Positions 19,547-29,865 of a stretch of 64,000 nucleotides of DNA are shown here, in pieces. Source of the stretch: Trueperaceae bacterium. GTDB lineage: Bacteria > Deinococcota > Deinococci > Deinococcales > Trueperaceae. The notes under the pieces were generated by a model. It saw nothing but the letters and a program-made list of their open reading frames with translations, was not told the DNA's origin and did not search any database. Location: NCBI GenBank assembly GCA_965213925.1, contig OZ243927.1, positions 3,264,001 through 3,328,000 on the forward strand, written 5' to 3'. The first letter of the stretch is position 1; every line of letters starts with the position of its first letter. The position numbers and the translations under genes are program-made.

Positions 19547-19655
19547 CCGCCAGAGGGACGCTTTCGTGCAGCCGTCTAGTGAGGCTACACGGAAGCAGTC
19601 TCTCTAGCAGGCTACTCACGCCCCCGGCGGAGGTGTAAGGTTAGACCTTACACCT
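19547..19655 (-). ncRNA. Candidate structured ncRNA, copy A (unknown family)
   Basis: TATACT -10 at 19659-19664; 10-bp 5' hairpin; homologous to 17281-17385. Confidence 0.6.
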
Positions 19656-19896
19656 GCGAGTATACGCCAAACGCCGCGAGCATGATGGTCTTATCTTTGG
19701 AGCGACTCTGCATAGAGTTAGCAGATGTTTTCTACCCGAAAGAACGTGACGCCGCTCGGTCCCTTCGGCGTTTCATCCAGGGGCGTAGACACCCTCGAGC
19801 CCATACCTAGCGACCTTTTCATTGCCCCTAACAGCGACGAACCAGCGTCCCAATAGAGTCAGATTAAACACACCTTTCGTACGCTATAGTGGGTCC

Positions 19897-20883
19897 GTGT
19901 TTGACTACCTTTCAAAACTCACCGGGCGACTTCTCAGCCCCCTTTTGTGCGCCCTTGCGCTCTGCCCCCTGGCCGCCGCGCAAACCTACACAGTAGGTGC
20001 CAACGCCTCCTCAGCGGGCTTCGAGCCGGATGTGCGTATAGAAGGGATTAGAGCTGGAGGGCTGCGCTTTGGCGTGCGCGTCGCGGGGGACTCTGAAGCG
20101 GGACGCTTTGAAGGAGGCGCAAGCACCCGCTTCAGCACCTCACTCGGTCCTTTAGGCAACGTCGCAGTGACGGGCCGCGCCAACGCGGATACAGCGGGCG
20201 CGTTCGCCGCCTCGGTGCGCGGCAGCGGTGTGCTCGGACCTGTGGGCGCGCGGATACGGCTGGACGCTTTCAATGTTAACCCGGGTCGCTTCGCACCCGA
20301 AACCCTCTTTGAGGGCGAGCGACCCTTTCTGCTCGGCGCACCTAGTCAAGAAGCGTTCGCCGCCCAACTCGGCGTCGGCTTGACCTACCGCCTCAGCCGC
20401 ACGACGATATTCACCTTAGACCCCGACCTCCTCTATTCGTGGGAGGATGACGAGAGCGGGCTCGGCGTAAGGGGTACGGGCACCGTCGAGCTGCGCCGTT
20501 TAAGAGGTCGGGATAATGGAATCGTATTGGCGGAAGGATACTTGGAGCCAGGAGCCGACGCGGGCTACGGCGCGGCAGGCTTCACCTACGCGCTCAATAG
20601 GCGCAGTTTACCGACGATGAGAGGAACGCTGCTCGTCGGCGCAGGCAGTGAGGGACTCTCTCCGGGCGCACGCTTCTTCATGCAGAAGCGGGACAGGTTA
20701 GATTACAGCCTCACTCTCGCTGCCGAGCCCTACCGCACGGACGTTCCTAAAGTGCGCGGCGAGGCGAGCTTAGCGGGCGCGTTAGGATCAGGGACATTAC
20801 ACACCACCTTGCTCGCCGCGCCGACAAAAGATTTCGATGTACCCCTTCTTACGCTGAGGAGTGCGTATCAGTTTAGCTTTTGA
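19897..20883 (+). CDS. Hypothetical secreted protein, possible outer-membrane beta-barrel
   Basis: Signal peptide (LAAA|Q), Gly-rich alternating strands, C-terminal YQFSF; TATAGT 6 nt before GTG. Confidence 0.7.
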   Translation: MFDYLSKLTGRLLSPLLCALALCPLAAAQTYTVGANASSAGFEPDVRIEGIRAGGLRFGVRVAGDSEAGRFEGGASTRFSTSLGPLGNVAVTGRANADTAGAFAASVRGSGVLGPVGARIRLDAFNVNPGRFAPETLFEGERPFLLGAPSQEAFAAQLGVGLTYRLSRTTIFTLDPDLLYSWEDDESGLGVRGTGTVELRRLRGRDNGIVLAEGYLEPGADAGYGAAGFTYALNRRSLPTMRGTLLVGAGSEGLSPGARFFMQKRDRLDYSLTLAAEPYRTDVPKVRGEASLAGALGSGTLHTTLLAAPTKDFDVPLLTLRSAYQFSF

Positions 20884-21426
20884 GGGCGGGAGTTGAATGT
20901 CAGAATTTAGCACCGCTACATCGACTTCTGAATTCTGGCGAAGCGTGGGGGCTCTTTAGTTTGACAACTTTGGCTTCTAAACCGCCCATGAGAACGTACG
21001 ACCGCAAAGCGTCTCTAGCGAGACGCTTTGCATGTGAAACACGTCTCAGCTCGGCTTCTTCCAGTTACGGCTTCCTACTCAGGGCTTACGCATGTAGATT
21101 CGTGACATCCTATTCGCATTCGATATGTAGCTTTTCAAGGGACAGAATTCGGCTTTATACCCTCTTCGAGCGAACTCTGTTTTCATTTCGAAAGGTTCAC
21201 AGCGACTTCTTCCAAAGAATTGGCGTACATACGTACGCCCTACTTCCTACTTGCGTAGGTGCGACACGTTCGGCGCAGCGTGTTAGACTGAAGCGTGTTT
21301 TCTCAGACCCCTCGAGCCTCTCTGCCGCTACAACCCGCCCCCGACACGCTGGCGGGCGTTTTTTTGGCTCGAGCGGGGCGCACGTGGTGGTAGTGTAGTG
21401 AGGGGCGCGTCTTACCAGGAGGACCC

Positions 21427-22125
21427 ATGCTCGACAAACTCAGCCAAGTACAACTGCGCGACCTAGACCTCGACACCTTGCAAGAGGAGAAGGGGCGCAC
21501 CCCCGAAGACCTCAGCGCCGCGAGGGAGCGCAAAGAGGCGCTAGAAACGCGCCTGGCGCAGACCGAAGCGCGCTTCAATGAGGTGCGCCAAGAGGTGAAC
21601 CGCAACGAGCTGGAGATTAAAACCTTGAACGAGCGCCGCGAGGGTGCCGCGAACGCCGCCATCGCCGCAGGTCCGACCCGCGAAGCGGCGCAGTATCAAA
21701 ACCAAGAGTTGCAGTTCGCGACCCGCGTGCAGGAGTTAGAGGACGACACCTTGCCGCTCATGGAGCGCATGGAGGGGTTAGAGCGAGAGGTCGCCGAGCT
21801 GAAAGTCGCGCTCGCCGACCTCGGACCTCAGCTCAGCGAACTCGCACAAGCCGAAGAGCTTAGGGTCGCCGAGGTCGAGGAGAAGATCAGCGCCATGACG
21901 AACGAGCGCAACGCCGCAGCCAACGGCATCGACGCCTCGCTCCTCAAGCAGTACGAACAGGTGCGCCGCTCGAAGCGCGGCGTCGGCGTGGTGCCCATTG
22001 TGGATAACCAGCGCTGCGGCGGCTGCAGTATGCGCCTGCCTATCCACGTGATCCAGAAAGCCAAAACGGGCAAGAAGATCACCCGCTGCCCGAGCTGCGG
22101 GCGGATTCTGTGGGCGAAGGATTAA
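21427..22125 (+). CDS. Coiled-coil C4-type zinc-ribbon domain protein (DUF164-like)
   Basis: Long coiled coil then CGGC...CPSCGRIL; AGGAGG RBS. Confidence 0.9.
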   Translation: MLDKLSQVQLRDLDLDTLQEEKGRTPEDLSAARERKEALETRLAQTEARFNEVRQEVNRNELEIKTLNERREGAANAAIAAGPTREAAQYQNQELQFATRVQELEDDTLPLMERMEGLEREVAELKVALADLGPQLSELAQAEELRVAEVEEKISAMTNERNAAANGIDASLLKQYEQVRRSKRGVGVVPIVDNQRCGGCSMRLPIHVIQKAKTGKKITRCPSCGRILWAKD

Positions 22126-22195
22126 GAGCAGCAATGAGTTGAAAGGCTTTGGTTTTCACTCATTACACCGCAAACTAACTATTGATACTTCTTAC

Positions 22196-22330
22196 TGATG
22201 TCACCCTGAGCCGAAGGCGTGAGGGTCTCGTTTAGCTACGCTAAAACTTTGTGACTCGCAATCTCTGCAAGAGGAGTCAGCAAGGTCAGAGATTCTTACG
22301 CTCCACTGCGTTCCGCTCAGAATGACATCA
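22196..22330. repeat. Repeat family 1, copy b
   Basis: TGATGTCACCCTGAGC...GCTCAGAATGACATCA; internal identity with 4379-4508. Confidence 0.85.
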
Positions 22331-22359
22331 CTCTTTAATTAGCAGTGTACTGACGAACT

Positions 22360-23136
22360 TCAACTCGACGTTGCGCTCTCACGCTCAGGCTTCCGCCCTA
22401 AAATAATCATGCTGAGCACGTCATCTTTGCTCACCTCGTCCGTTAAGCGTGTATCTACGAGCTGACCATTGTGCAGCACGCTGACGCGGTCGGCGAGGTC
22501 GAACACGTCGTGGATGTCGTGGCTGACCAAAAAGATACCGATGTCCTCGCGCTTGAGCTGACGCACTAACTCGCTCACTTTCTGCGTCTCTTGCGGTCCT
22601 AACGCGGCGGTCGGCTCGTCCATGATGAGCACCTTCGCGTCGAAGTAGATGGCGCGTCCGATAGCGATAGCTTGGCGCTGTCCGCCGGAGAGGTTGCGGA
22701 CGCTCTCGCGCAAGGAGGTGATTTTCAGCTCGAGCCTATCCAACACCTTGCGCGTCTCGCTCTCCATCGTGTCGTTATCAAGCACGCCGAACGCGCCTTT
22801 GATCTCACGACCTAAAAAGACGTTCGCCGCCGCATTGAGGTTGTCAGCCAACGCGAGAGTTTGGTAAATCGTCTCGATGCCACACGCTTTGGCGTCTTTA
22901 GGGCTGCGAAAATCCTGGCGCTCGCCGCGCACATAGACCTCTCCCTCATCCGCTTGCAGTGCGCCCGAAAGAATCTTGATAAGCGTGGACTTGCCCGCGC
23001 CGTTATGCCCGACGATGCCGACCACTTCGCCCGGCTGAACGTCGACGCTGACGTTCTCTAAAGCGTGGACGCCGCCAAAGCGCTTCGAGATACCGCGCAT
23101 CTCGACAAGAGGTGTATCCGCCGCGCTACCCGACAT
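22360..23136 (-). CDS. xylG: Sugar (xylose-type) ABC transporter ATP-binding protein, single domain
   Basis: [25 protein letters not shown] coupling to permease. Confidence 0.85.
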   Translation of the reverse strand: MSGSAADTPLVEMRGISKRFGGVHALENVSVDVQPGEVVGIVGHNGAGKSTLIKILSGALQADEGEVYVRGERQDFRSPKDAKACGIETIYQTLALADNLNAAANVFLGREIKGAFGVLDNDTMESETRKVLDRLELKITSLRESVRNLSGGQRQAIAIGRAIYFDAKVLIMDEPTAALGPQETQKVSELVRQLKREDIGIFLVSHDIHDVFDLADRVSVLHNGQLVDTRLTDEVSKDDVLSMIILGRKPERESATSS

Positions 23137-24401
23137 CAAGCTGCCCCTCTGCGCCGCCGATAAGCGACGTCAAGCCAGACCGCTAAGATGAGCACGAGCC
23201 CGATAATGACCTGCTGCAAGGCGCTCGTCAAGCCGAGAAGCACCATGCCGTTCTGTAAGCTCTGCATGATGACTGCGCCAAGCACGGCCCCGGTAACGGT
23301 GCCGACCCCGCCCGAAAGCGAAGTGCCGCCGACCACAGCCGCCGCAATCACGTAGAGTTCGGCTAGAGTACCTGTCGAGTTCGAGCCCGCGTTGAGCCGC
23401 GCCGACGCCACCGCGCCCGCCACCGCGCAGAGCATCCCGATAATTACGAAGACGAGCAGCTTGATGCGCCGCGTGTCGATGCCCGCTAGCTCGGCGGCTT
23501 CAGGGTTGCCGCCAATCGCGTAGACGTAGCGCCCAAAAGCGGTGAGCTTGCTGAGCGCACTCATCAGCAGCGTGATGCCGATGAGGATAAGGACCGGAAC
23601 GGGTATACCCCGCCCGACGTCGCTCTGCGGCAGCGTGTAGGCGTTCATCGTCATCACGAAGGCGACGACCAGAGCGCTCAGTAGAAGCGGCGTGGCGACT
23701 TCCGCCCAGAGTGGCTTGGTGGGGAAGTTGAGTTGCTGCCGCCTGCGGCGCGTCCGCAGGGTAAAGCCCGCGATACAGGCGACGGCTAAACCGCCCAGCA
23801 CCCAACTCCACGTGCTGCCAATCGAACCATCAACGCCGCCGCCCAAAACTTGAAAGTTTTCGTTTAGGGGTGCGACGGTGCGCCCTTGCGTCACGAGCCA
23901 AGCGCCGCCGCGCCAGATGAGCAGCCCTGCTAAGGTCACGATAAAGGAGGGAACGGCGCGGTACGCGCTCCAGTAGCCCTGAAACGCGCCGACGACCCCG
24001 CCGAGCACCACGCCGAGCGCGAGCGCCACAAGCCAAGTCCAAGCTGCCTCGGGTAAAATCTCGGTCTGCAAAACCGCCATGACCATCCCTAAAAAGCCTA
24101 AGAGCGAGCCGACCGAGAGATCTATCTCGCGGGTGATAATTACGAGCACCATGCCGGTGGCGATAATGGCGACGACGCTCGTTTGCACCGCGAGGTTCCA
24201 CAGGTTACGGGCGCTCAAAAACGCGCCGTCCGTGAGGAAGTGGAAGCTGAGCCAGATGATCGTCAAGGCCGCGAACATGCCGAGCAGACGCGGGTCGATG
24301 CCTAAAAGCTCGAGGTAATCCCGCGCTCGCTCAGGTTGTTTTTCAGACTGCTCTTCAGATTTTTGTGCGCCTGGCGCATCCTTGACTGTTTCACTGCTCA
24401 T
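23136..24401 (-). CDS. xylH: Xylose-type ABC transporter permease
   Basis: [39 protein letters not shown]. Confidence 0.88.
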   Translation of the reverse strand: MSSETVKDAPGAQKSEEQSEKQPERARDYLELLGIDPRLLGMFAALTIIWLSFHFLTDGAFLSARNLWNLAVQTSVVAIIATGMVLVIITREIDLSVGSLLGFLGMVMAVLQTEILPEAAWTWLVALALGVVLGGVVGAFQGYWSAYRAVPSFIVTLAGLLIWRGGAWLVTQGRTVAPLNENFQVLGGGVDGSIGSTWSWVLGGLAVACIAGFTLRTRRRRQQLNFPTKPLWAEVATPLLLSALVVAFVMTMNAYTLPQSDVGRGIPVPVLILIGITLLMSALSKLTAFGRYVYAIGGNPEAAELAGIDTRRIKLLVFVIIGMLCAVAGAVASARLNAGSNSTGTLAELYVIAAAVVGGTSLSGGVGTVTGAVLGAVIMQSLQNGMVLLGLTSALQQVIIGLVLILAVWLDVAYRRRRGAA

Positions 24402-24406
24402 GAAGG

Positions 24407-25465
24407 CTACTGGCTACAGACCGCAGGGGCAGCGTCACTCGCCGCGTCGACGCCGTCGCAGACCGTCGCCTGGTCAATCCAACCCGCGTCGATGACGACG
24501 TTTAAGTTGTCCTTCGTGATGGGGATGGGCTCGAGCAGCACCGCGTCCATCTCGACACCTTCCGGTCCGTCGTCCCACGTGGTCAAGTCAGCGACGCCGC
24601 TCACGTCCTCACCTCTCGCGAGCGCGACGGCGACCTCAGCGGCGATGCGCCCTAACTCAGCCGTGTCCTTCCACACACTCACGGTCTGTAAGCCCCGCGC
24701 GATGCGGTTGAGCGCGGCGGCGTCGCCGTCTTGCCCGGAGACGGGCACGTCACCCGCTAAACCGGAGGAGCTGAGCGCCGACACGACGCCCCCCGCAGTG
24801 CTGTCGTTCGACGCCACGACCGCCGCAACCTCGCCGTTATTCGCCGTTAAGATTTGCTCCATATTCTGCTGCGCGACCTCGGGCAGCCAGTCCTCGGTGT
24901 ACTGCTCGCCAACCACCGTGATGTCACCCGCGTCGATGGCGCTCTGCAACACGTCGAGCTGTCCTGCGTGCAAGATGTCGGCGTTGGGGTCGGTTGGGCT
25001 GCCCTTGATAAAGGCGTAGTCGCCGGTAGGTTGCGCGTCGTACACGGCTTGCGCCTGTAAGCGCCCTACCTCGCGGTTGTCGAAAGTGAGGTAAAAAACA
25101 TCCTCCGCTTCGATGAGCCGGTCATAGCCGACTACTGGAATGCCCGCGGCCTGCGCCCGAGATATCGCCGGAATCACCGCTTGGGTATCTTGCGCGACGA
25201 TAACGATGACATTTGCGCCGCGCGTGATGAGGCTCTCGATGTCGGTGAGTTGCTTTTCAGGCGAGCCCTGCGCGTCTGTACTGATATAGTCCGCGCCCAA
25301 CTCTTCAAGCCTCGCAGTCAGCGCCGCTTCGTCGGTGCGCCAGCGCTCGAGCTGAAAGTCCGACCAACTCACCCCGACGGTCTGCGCCCACGCAGCACCC
25401 ACCAGAGAGAAAACCACCGTTAAGACCACCGCTAAAGTCACCGTAAAAAGAGAACGCTTCGCCAT
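24407..25465 (-). CDS. xylF: D-xylose-type ABC transporter substrate-binding protein
   Basis: [39 protein letters not shown]. Confidence 0.88.
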   Translation of the reverse strand: MAKRSLFTVTLAVVLTVVFSLVGAAWAQTVGVSWSDFQLERWRTDEAALTARLEELGADYISTDAQGSPEKQLTDIESLITRGANVIVIVAQDTQAVIPAISRAQAAGIPVVGYDRLIEAEDVFYLTFDNREVGRLQAQAVYDAQPTGDYAFIKGSPTDPNADILHAGQLDVLQSAIDAGDITVVGEQYTEDWLPEVAQQNMEQILTANNGEVAAVVASNDSTAGGVVSALSSSGLAGDVPVSGQDGDAAALNRIARGLQTVSVWKDTAELGRIAAEVAVALARGEDVSGVADLTTWDDGPEGVEMDAVLLEPIPITKDNLNVVIDAGWIDQATVCDGVDAASDAAPAVCSQ

Positions 25466-25627
25466 AGTTGCTCCTCCTTAGAGCTGCCCCGCCCCGATAC
25501 CTATTTTGACTGACGCTTTGATTATGACCTAAATATGTAACGAATGTAAACCGCCCGCTCGAGAAGAGGTCGCGCGAAACGTCAGTGGAGTGGTGGGATA
25601 GGAAGTGCAGAAGAGAGAATGTCAATG

Positions 25628-25647
25628 CAAGGGGTTTCAACCCCTTG
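25628..25647. repeat. REP palindrome variant CAAGGGGTTTCAACCCCTTG
   Basis: One mismatch relative to the 2515 copy. Confidence 0.75.
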
Positions 25648-25888
25648 TTCATCACGTAGATATAGTAGAGAGATAGCAACAGGGAGCACACGGCAGCGTT
25701 CGACTCAGAACCACCACCCACTCCTTTTTAGAATTCTGTCTTCTCGGGGTCGATCAGCTTGTCCAGACCTCCCTGAAGGTTACGGAGCTTGAACATGACA
25801 CGCTCTGTTCTACCCCCCACAGTTTGCCACCACAAGACTTACGCTATACTGATTGGGCACAAACGTATAGAAATGGAGAGATGATCAA

Positions 25889-26737
25889 GTGAGCACGGTT
25901 CCTAGCGTCACAATGAATAACGGTAAGACTATCCCGCAGCTCGGCTTCGGAACATATCAGATTAAACCAGATAACACGGTGGAAGCGGTGACAAAAGCGT
26001 TGGAGGTCGGCTACCGGCACATCGACACCGCGCAGATGTACGGCAACGAGAGAGAGGTCGGCGAGGCGATTCACGCTTTTGACGTAGACCGGAGCGACGT
26101 GTTCGTGACGAGCAAGCTCAACAACAGTTTTCACGAACCTGACGACGCGCGCAGGGCGTTTGACGACACGCTCTCCAAACTCGGCTTCGACTACGTGGAC
26201 CTCTTTTTGATCCACTGGCCGCTGCCGACGCGCTACGGCGGCGACTACGTCTCGACCTGGCAGACCCTAGAGGAGTTTCACCGCGACGGGCGCGCCCGCT
26301 CGATCGGTGTGTCGAACTTTCAGCCGGACCACCTCGAGCGGCTCGCCGCCGAGACCGACACCGCACCGGCGGTCAATCAGATCGAGGCGCACCCCTATTT
26401 TCGCAACGACGAGGTGCGCGCTTACGGTCAAGAGCACGAGATCGAGACCGAAGCGTGGTCGCCCATCGCGCAGGGCGAGGTGCTGGACGACCCCGCCATC
26501 ACACAGATTGCACAAGAGGTCGGTAAAACGCCCGCGCAAGTCGTGTTGCGCTGGCACATCCAGCGCGGCGACATCGTGTTCCCTAAGTCCGTGACGCCCT
26601 CCAGAATCGAAGAGAACTTCGCTATTTTCGACTTTGAACTGGATTCAGACGCAATGGACAAACTGAGCAGCTTAGGCAAGGGTGAAGAGGGTCGCACCGG
26701 ACCCCACCCGGACACGTTTGACTACATCCCCGACTGA
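25889..26737 (+). CDS. Aldo/keto reductase (2,5-diketo-gluconate reductase-like)
   Basis: GYRHIDTAQMY, LFLIHWP, IGVSNF, VFPKS. Confidence 0.93.
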   Translation: MSTVPSVTMNNGKTIPQLGFGTYQIKPDNTVEAVTKALEVGYRHIDTAQMYGNEREVGEAIHAFDVDRSDVFVTSKLNNSFHEPDDARRAFDDTLSKLGFDYVDLFLIHWPLPTRYGGDYVSTWQTLEEFHRDGRARSIGVSNFQPDHLERLAAETDTAPAVNQIEAHPYFRNDEVRAYGQEHEIETEAWSPIAQGEVLDDPAITQIAQEVGKTPAQVVLRWHIQRGDIVFPKSVTPSRIEENFAIFDFELDSDAMDKLSSLGKGEEGRTGPHPDTFDYIPD

Positions 26738-26812
26738 TCAAACTGGGTTACGGGCGAGATTGGATTTTGAATTCGGGTGTAGTACGCTGTTGATTAAGTT
26801 CTGCAACACTGT

Positions 26813-26937
26813 TGTCACCCCGAGCCCAGTCGAGTGGTCTCGCCTTGCATTCTCTCACAGGGAAGAAGGCGGTCAGAGATTCTTTCTCTCCACAGCCTGC
26901 CCTGAGCAAGGTCGAATGGGTTACGCTCAGAATGACA
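26813..26937. repeat. Repeat family 1, copy c (diverged)
   Basis: TGTCACCCCGAGC...GGTCAGAGATTC...GCTCAGAATGACA. Confidence 0.75.
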
Positions 26938-27000
26938 CGGCTTATTTTTTATTTAACGGTGTAGTAGCGTGAGTTAGTAGAAAGTTGTGAATAGATGGAA

Positions 27001-27038
27001 AGAGAGGCTCGAGCCCATTAAAACGCCCGAGCCTCTCT
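27001..27038. terminator. Probable terminator hairpin between convergent genes
   Basis: AGAGAGGCTCG...CGAGCCTCTCT. Confidence 0.65.
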
Positions 27039-27050
27039 ATCAACGAAAAA

Positions 27051-28193
27051 TCAAAACTCCGCTTCCATAAGCGCCTCGAAGCGTTCGCGCATCTCGCTAG
27101 CTTTCGCGCTCTGACCGCGCAGCTCCCAAATATGCGCGAGCCCTTCCCAGGCGCTCTCGCTGTAGGGGTCGTGCTCGGTCATGGCGGTGTAAAAGCGCGT
27201 GGCGCTGTCGTAATCTTCCTGCGTCTCCGCCATCTCCGCCGCCGTCAAAAGGTTGGTGAGGTGGTCGGCGTGAAGCTCGGCGCGGGTCACTTCCGCCCAC
27301 TCCGAATCGACGCCCGTCAGGAAATGCCCTCTATAAAGCTCTAAAAGCTGGATGTAGTCCTCTAAGGTGCCCTCCGACTGCACCGCGAGGCTCTTCGAGC
27401 GGTAACGCTCTGCGTCGTACGTCATCTCCAAATTGCGCTGCAAGTAGTAGCGGCGGTTCGCCGACTCGACGATCTCGCCGCCCATCACCTTGCGCAGCCG
27501 GTATAAGGTGGTGTGAAAGGAGCTGCTCGCTTTAGACTCGGTCTTGCCGGGCCAGAGCGCCTCCGCGACCTCAAAGGTGCTCACGCCGTCCGGGTGTTCT
27601 AAGAGGTAGAAAAATAGCTCTAACGCCTTGAGCGAGTCCCAGTCGAGCCGCTCACCGCCCTTCTCGACCAGCGGCGCGCCCAGCGCGGACGCCTGAACGA
27701 CGCCCTCGACGGGCTTGCGAATCTCCGCAAAGCGCTCGATGCGCCGCTCGACCGCGCCTATGACCTCAGAGCGCTCAAACGGTTTGGTGAGGTAGTCGTC
27801 CGCGCCGAGCGACATGCCGTGGCGCACGTGTTCGCGCTCGCCCATCGCCGTCAGGAAGATAAAGGGGACGCCGCGCAACTCGGCGATATCGCGAGTGTGA
27901 CCGCAGAATTCAAAGCCGTCCATGACGGGCATCGTCACGTCCGAAATGATGACGTCGGGGCGCAGACCGCCCCTGAGTTCCAGGAGCGCGTCCTTCGCCC
28001 GGTCGAAGGTGATGACGGCGAAGCCCGCCGAGACGAGGCTCACCTCGATGAGCTTGCGGATGGCGGTGTCGTCGTCTACGGTTAGGACGAGCCGGTTGGT
28101 GTTCGACTTCTTAACGGGTTGGCTGACGAGGTTGGTCTTTTTCGCCGCACTTTTCGCCGTATCCTTCGCAGCGCTTTTCGTCGCAGTTGCCAC
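27051..28193 (-). CDS. Response regulator with REC, winged-helix and BTAD (SARP-like) domains
   Basis: VDDD, ISDVTMP, GADDYLTKPF; KALELFFYL, EALWP, FHTTLYRLRK, LYRGHFL, DPYSE. Confidence 0.88.
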   Translation of the reverse strand: MATATKSAAKDTAKSAAKKTNLVSQPVKKSNTNRLVLTVDDDTAIRKLIEVSLVSAGFAVITFDRAKDALLELRGGLRPDVIISDVTMPVMDGFEFCGHTRDIAELRGVPFIFLTAMGEREHVRHGMSLGADDYLTKPFERSEVIGAVERRIERFAEIRKPVEGVVQASALGAPLVEKGGERLDWDSLKALELFFYLLEHPDGVSTFEVAEALWPGKTESKASSSFHTTLYRLRKVMGGEIVESANRRYYLQRNLEMTYDAERYRSKSLAVQSEGTLEDYIQLLELYRGHFLTGVDSEWAEVTRAELHADHLTNLLTAAEMAETQEDYDSATRFYTAMTEHDPYSESAWEGLAHIWELRGQSAKASEMRERFEALMEAEF

Positions 28194-28387
28194 TAGTCCG
28201 ACCAGCTCTCGGTCTGCTGGTAGTAGACGAGCGCGCTGTACTCGACATTTTGCACGGCTACAGCCGTTGAGAACTTGATATCTACGATGATGTCGTCGGT
28301 GTCTAACGAGGTGACGAAACGCTCCAGCCTCTCTTCGAAAGTGTCGACGCTACTCGAGGTAATCAGCTTAAATTTGGGCTCCATCAT
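28193..28387 (-). CDS. Small protein resembling Cse60/DUF2758 family
   Basis: FEERLERFV..IIVDIKFS..YSALVYY pattern; GGAG RBS; TAGTG overlap with regulator start. Confidence 0.7.
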   Translation of the reverse strand: MMEPKFKLITSSSVDTFEERLERFVTSLDTDDIIVDIKFSTAVAVQNVEYSALVYYQQTESWSD

Positions 28388-28530
28388 TCTCTCCTCTACA
28401 ACCTCTATAAGCAGGCGCATCTGATCAGAAGCGCGCGTCAAAGCCGTCAGCACACACCTCATAAAATCCCGCTAGCCTTATCAGGCTGAGACTTATGTGA
28501 TTTCAACTCAGCCGCGCCTGTCGCGCTTAT

Positions 28531-29370
28531 CTATCCGCGTTCATCTATCCGTCGCGCGTCCACCCCAGCGTCTCCCGAACGCTTTACAGATAACACCTCA
28601 TCTTTCAACGCTTCGGGGTCATCCGCCATGAGACCGTTCACACCTAGGCGGGTGAGGTCTTTCACACGTTCTCTATCGTTCACCGTCCAGGTGTTCACAG
28701 GCAGTCTGTGACGCGCTGCCCAGCGCAGCATCCGCGCGTCAACCTGGCTGTGGTGCGGATGAAGCGCGTCGACGTGGAGCCACCTGGCGAGGTAGCCGGA
28801 GCGCAGCAGGAGAGGTAAGTCAGGAGCGTAGAGAAGCGCCGTGCGCAACTCGGGGGCGAGCAGGCGCACGCGGAGGAGAGACAAAGGGTTGAAGCTCGAG
28901 AGCAGCACCCGCCCCGCCAAGCCAGACTCGAGCACCGCTCGGACGACCTCCTTTTCCAACCCGTCCGAGCGTAAGCTTTGAGATTTGATCTCCAAGTTGA
29001 GCAGCTTGCCCGGATACCCTCTCGCTAAGGCGAAGAGGTCGTCCAGTGCGGGAATATCTCCGTCAAAGGCCTGCAGTTCCGCCAACGTGAGCGAACGCGC
29101 CGAGCGTCCGTCCGGCAGGTCGACATCGTGGTAGATGAAAAGTCGACCGTCACGGCTCCTCTGCACGTCGAATTCGACGCCGTCCAGCCCCGCTTCGAAA
29201 GCAGCGGTGAAAGCAGCGAGGCTGTTTTCAGGCAGACGCCCGCGCAGCCCGCGGTGTCCGATGAGAAGAGGTCGCGTGGTGGCGCTGACGTCGGGAAGAG
29301 GTCGGGGAAACCAGAGCAGCGCCCAAAGTACGAGGAGCGTGATGAGGCTCACTGTCCAGAGAAAGAGCAT
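28531..29370 (-). CDS. Glycerophosphodiester phosphodiesterase
   Basis: IGHRG, PENS, EFDV, NLEIK, SSFN, WTVND. Confidence 0.93.
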   Translation of the reverse strand: MLFLWTVSLITLLVLWALLWFPRPLPDVSATTRPLLIGHRGLRGRLPENSLAAFTAAFEAGLDGVEFDVQRSRDGRLFIYHDVDLPDGRSARSLTLAELQAFDGDIPALDDLFALARGYPGKLLNLEIKSQSLRSDGLEKEVVRAVLESGLAGRVLLSSFNPLSLLRVRLLAPELRTALLYAPDLPLLLRSGYLARWLHVDALHPHHSQVDARMLRWAARHRLPVNTWTVNDRERVKDLTRLGVNGLMADDPEALKDEVLSVKRSGDAGVDARRIDERG

Positions 29371-29430
29371 GATGACGCAGTATACTCATCCGTATGAACG
29401 GCGACCTCTTACACAACTCCCGGTTCGACG

Positions 29431-29865
29431 GTGCCTGAGTACCCGCTCGCTACGGTCGGCGCACTCGTGGTCGGGCCCTCGGAGCGCGTGCTCATCATTA
29501 AGACGCACAAGTGGCGCGGCAAGTGGGGCGTGCCGGGAGGCAAAATCGCGTACGGCGAGCGCATGACGCGAGCCTTGAAGCGTGAATTTTTAGAGGAAAC
29601 GGGTCTTACGCTCACCGATATCTACCGAGGACCCGTGCAAGAGGCGGTTGACAGCGCGGAGTTCTACAAGGACGCGCACTTCATCTTGCTCAACTTCGTC
29701 GCGCGGACGAAGAGCGAAGAGGTTACGCTCAACGAGGAAGCGGAGGTGTACACGTGGGTTTCGCCCGAACGGGCGCTGACCTACGACCTCAACACACCGA
29801 CTCGCCGGCTTGTCACGTTTTATCTCGAGCATCCTTTAGAAACACTCCCGTGCCTGCCGCATTAG
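29431..29865 (+). CDS. NUDIX hydrolase
   Basis: PGGKIAYGE...REFLEETG. Confidence 0.9.
   Translation: MPEYPLATVGALVVGPSERVLIIKTHKWRGKWGVPGGKIAYGERMTRALKREFLEETGLTLTDIYRGPVQEAVDSAEFYKDAHFILLNFVARTKSEEVTLNEEAEVYTWVSPERALTYDLNTPTRRLVTFYLEHPLETLPCLPH

Noticed and set aside
20880..21398. 172-aa ORF in AT-richer intergenic DNA
   Set aside because: Atypical composition, no RBS, no recognisable motif
25531..25550. Possible DdrO radiation-desiccation response motif upstream of xylF
   Set aside because: Several mismatches to consensus; context suggests a sugar-regulator site instead
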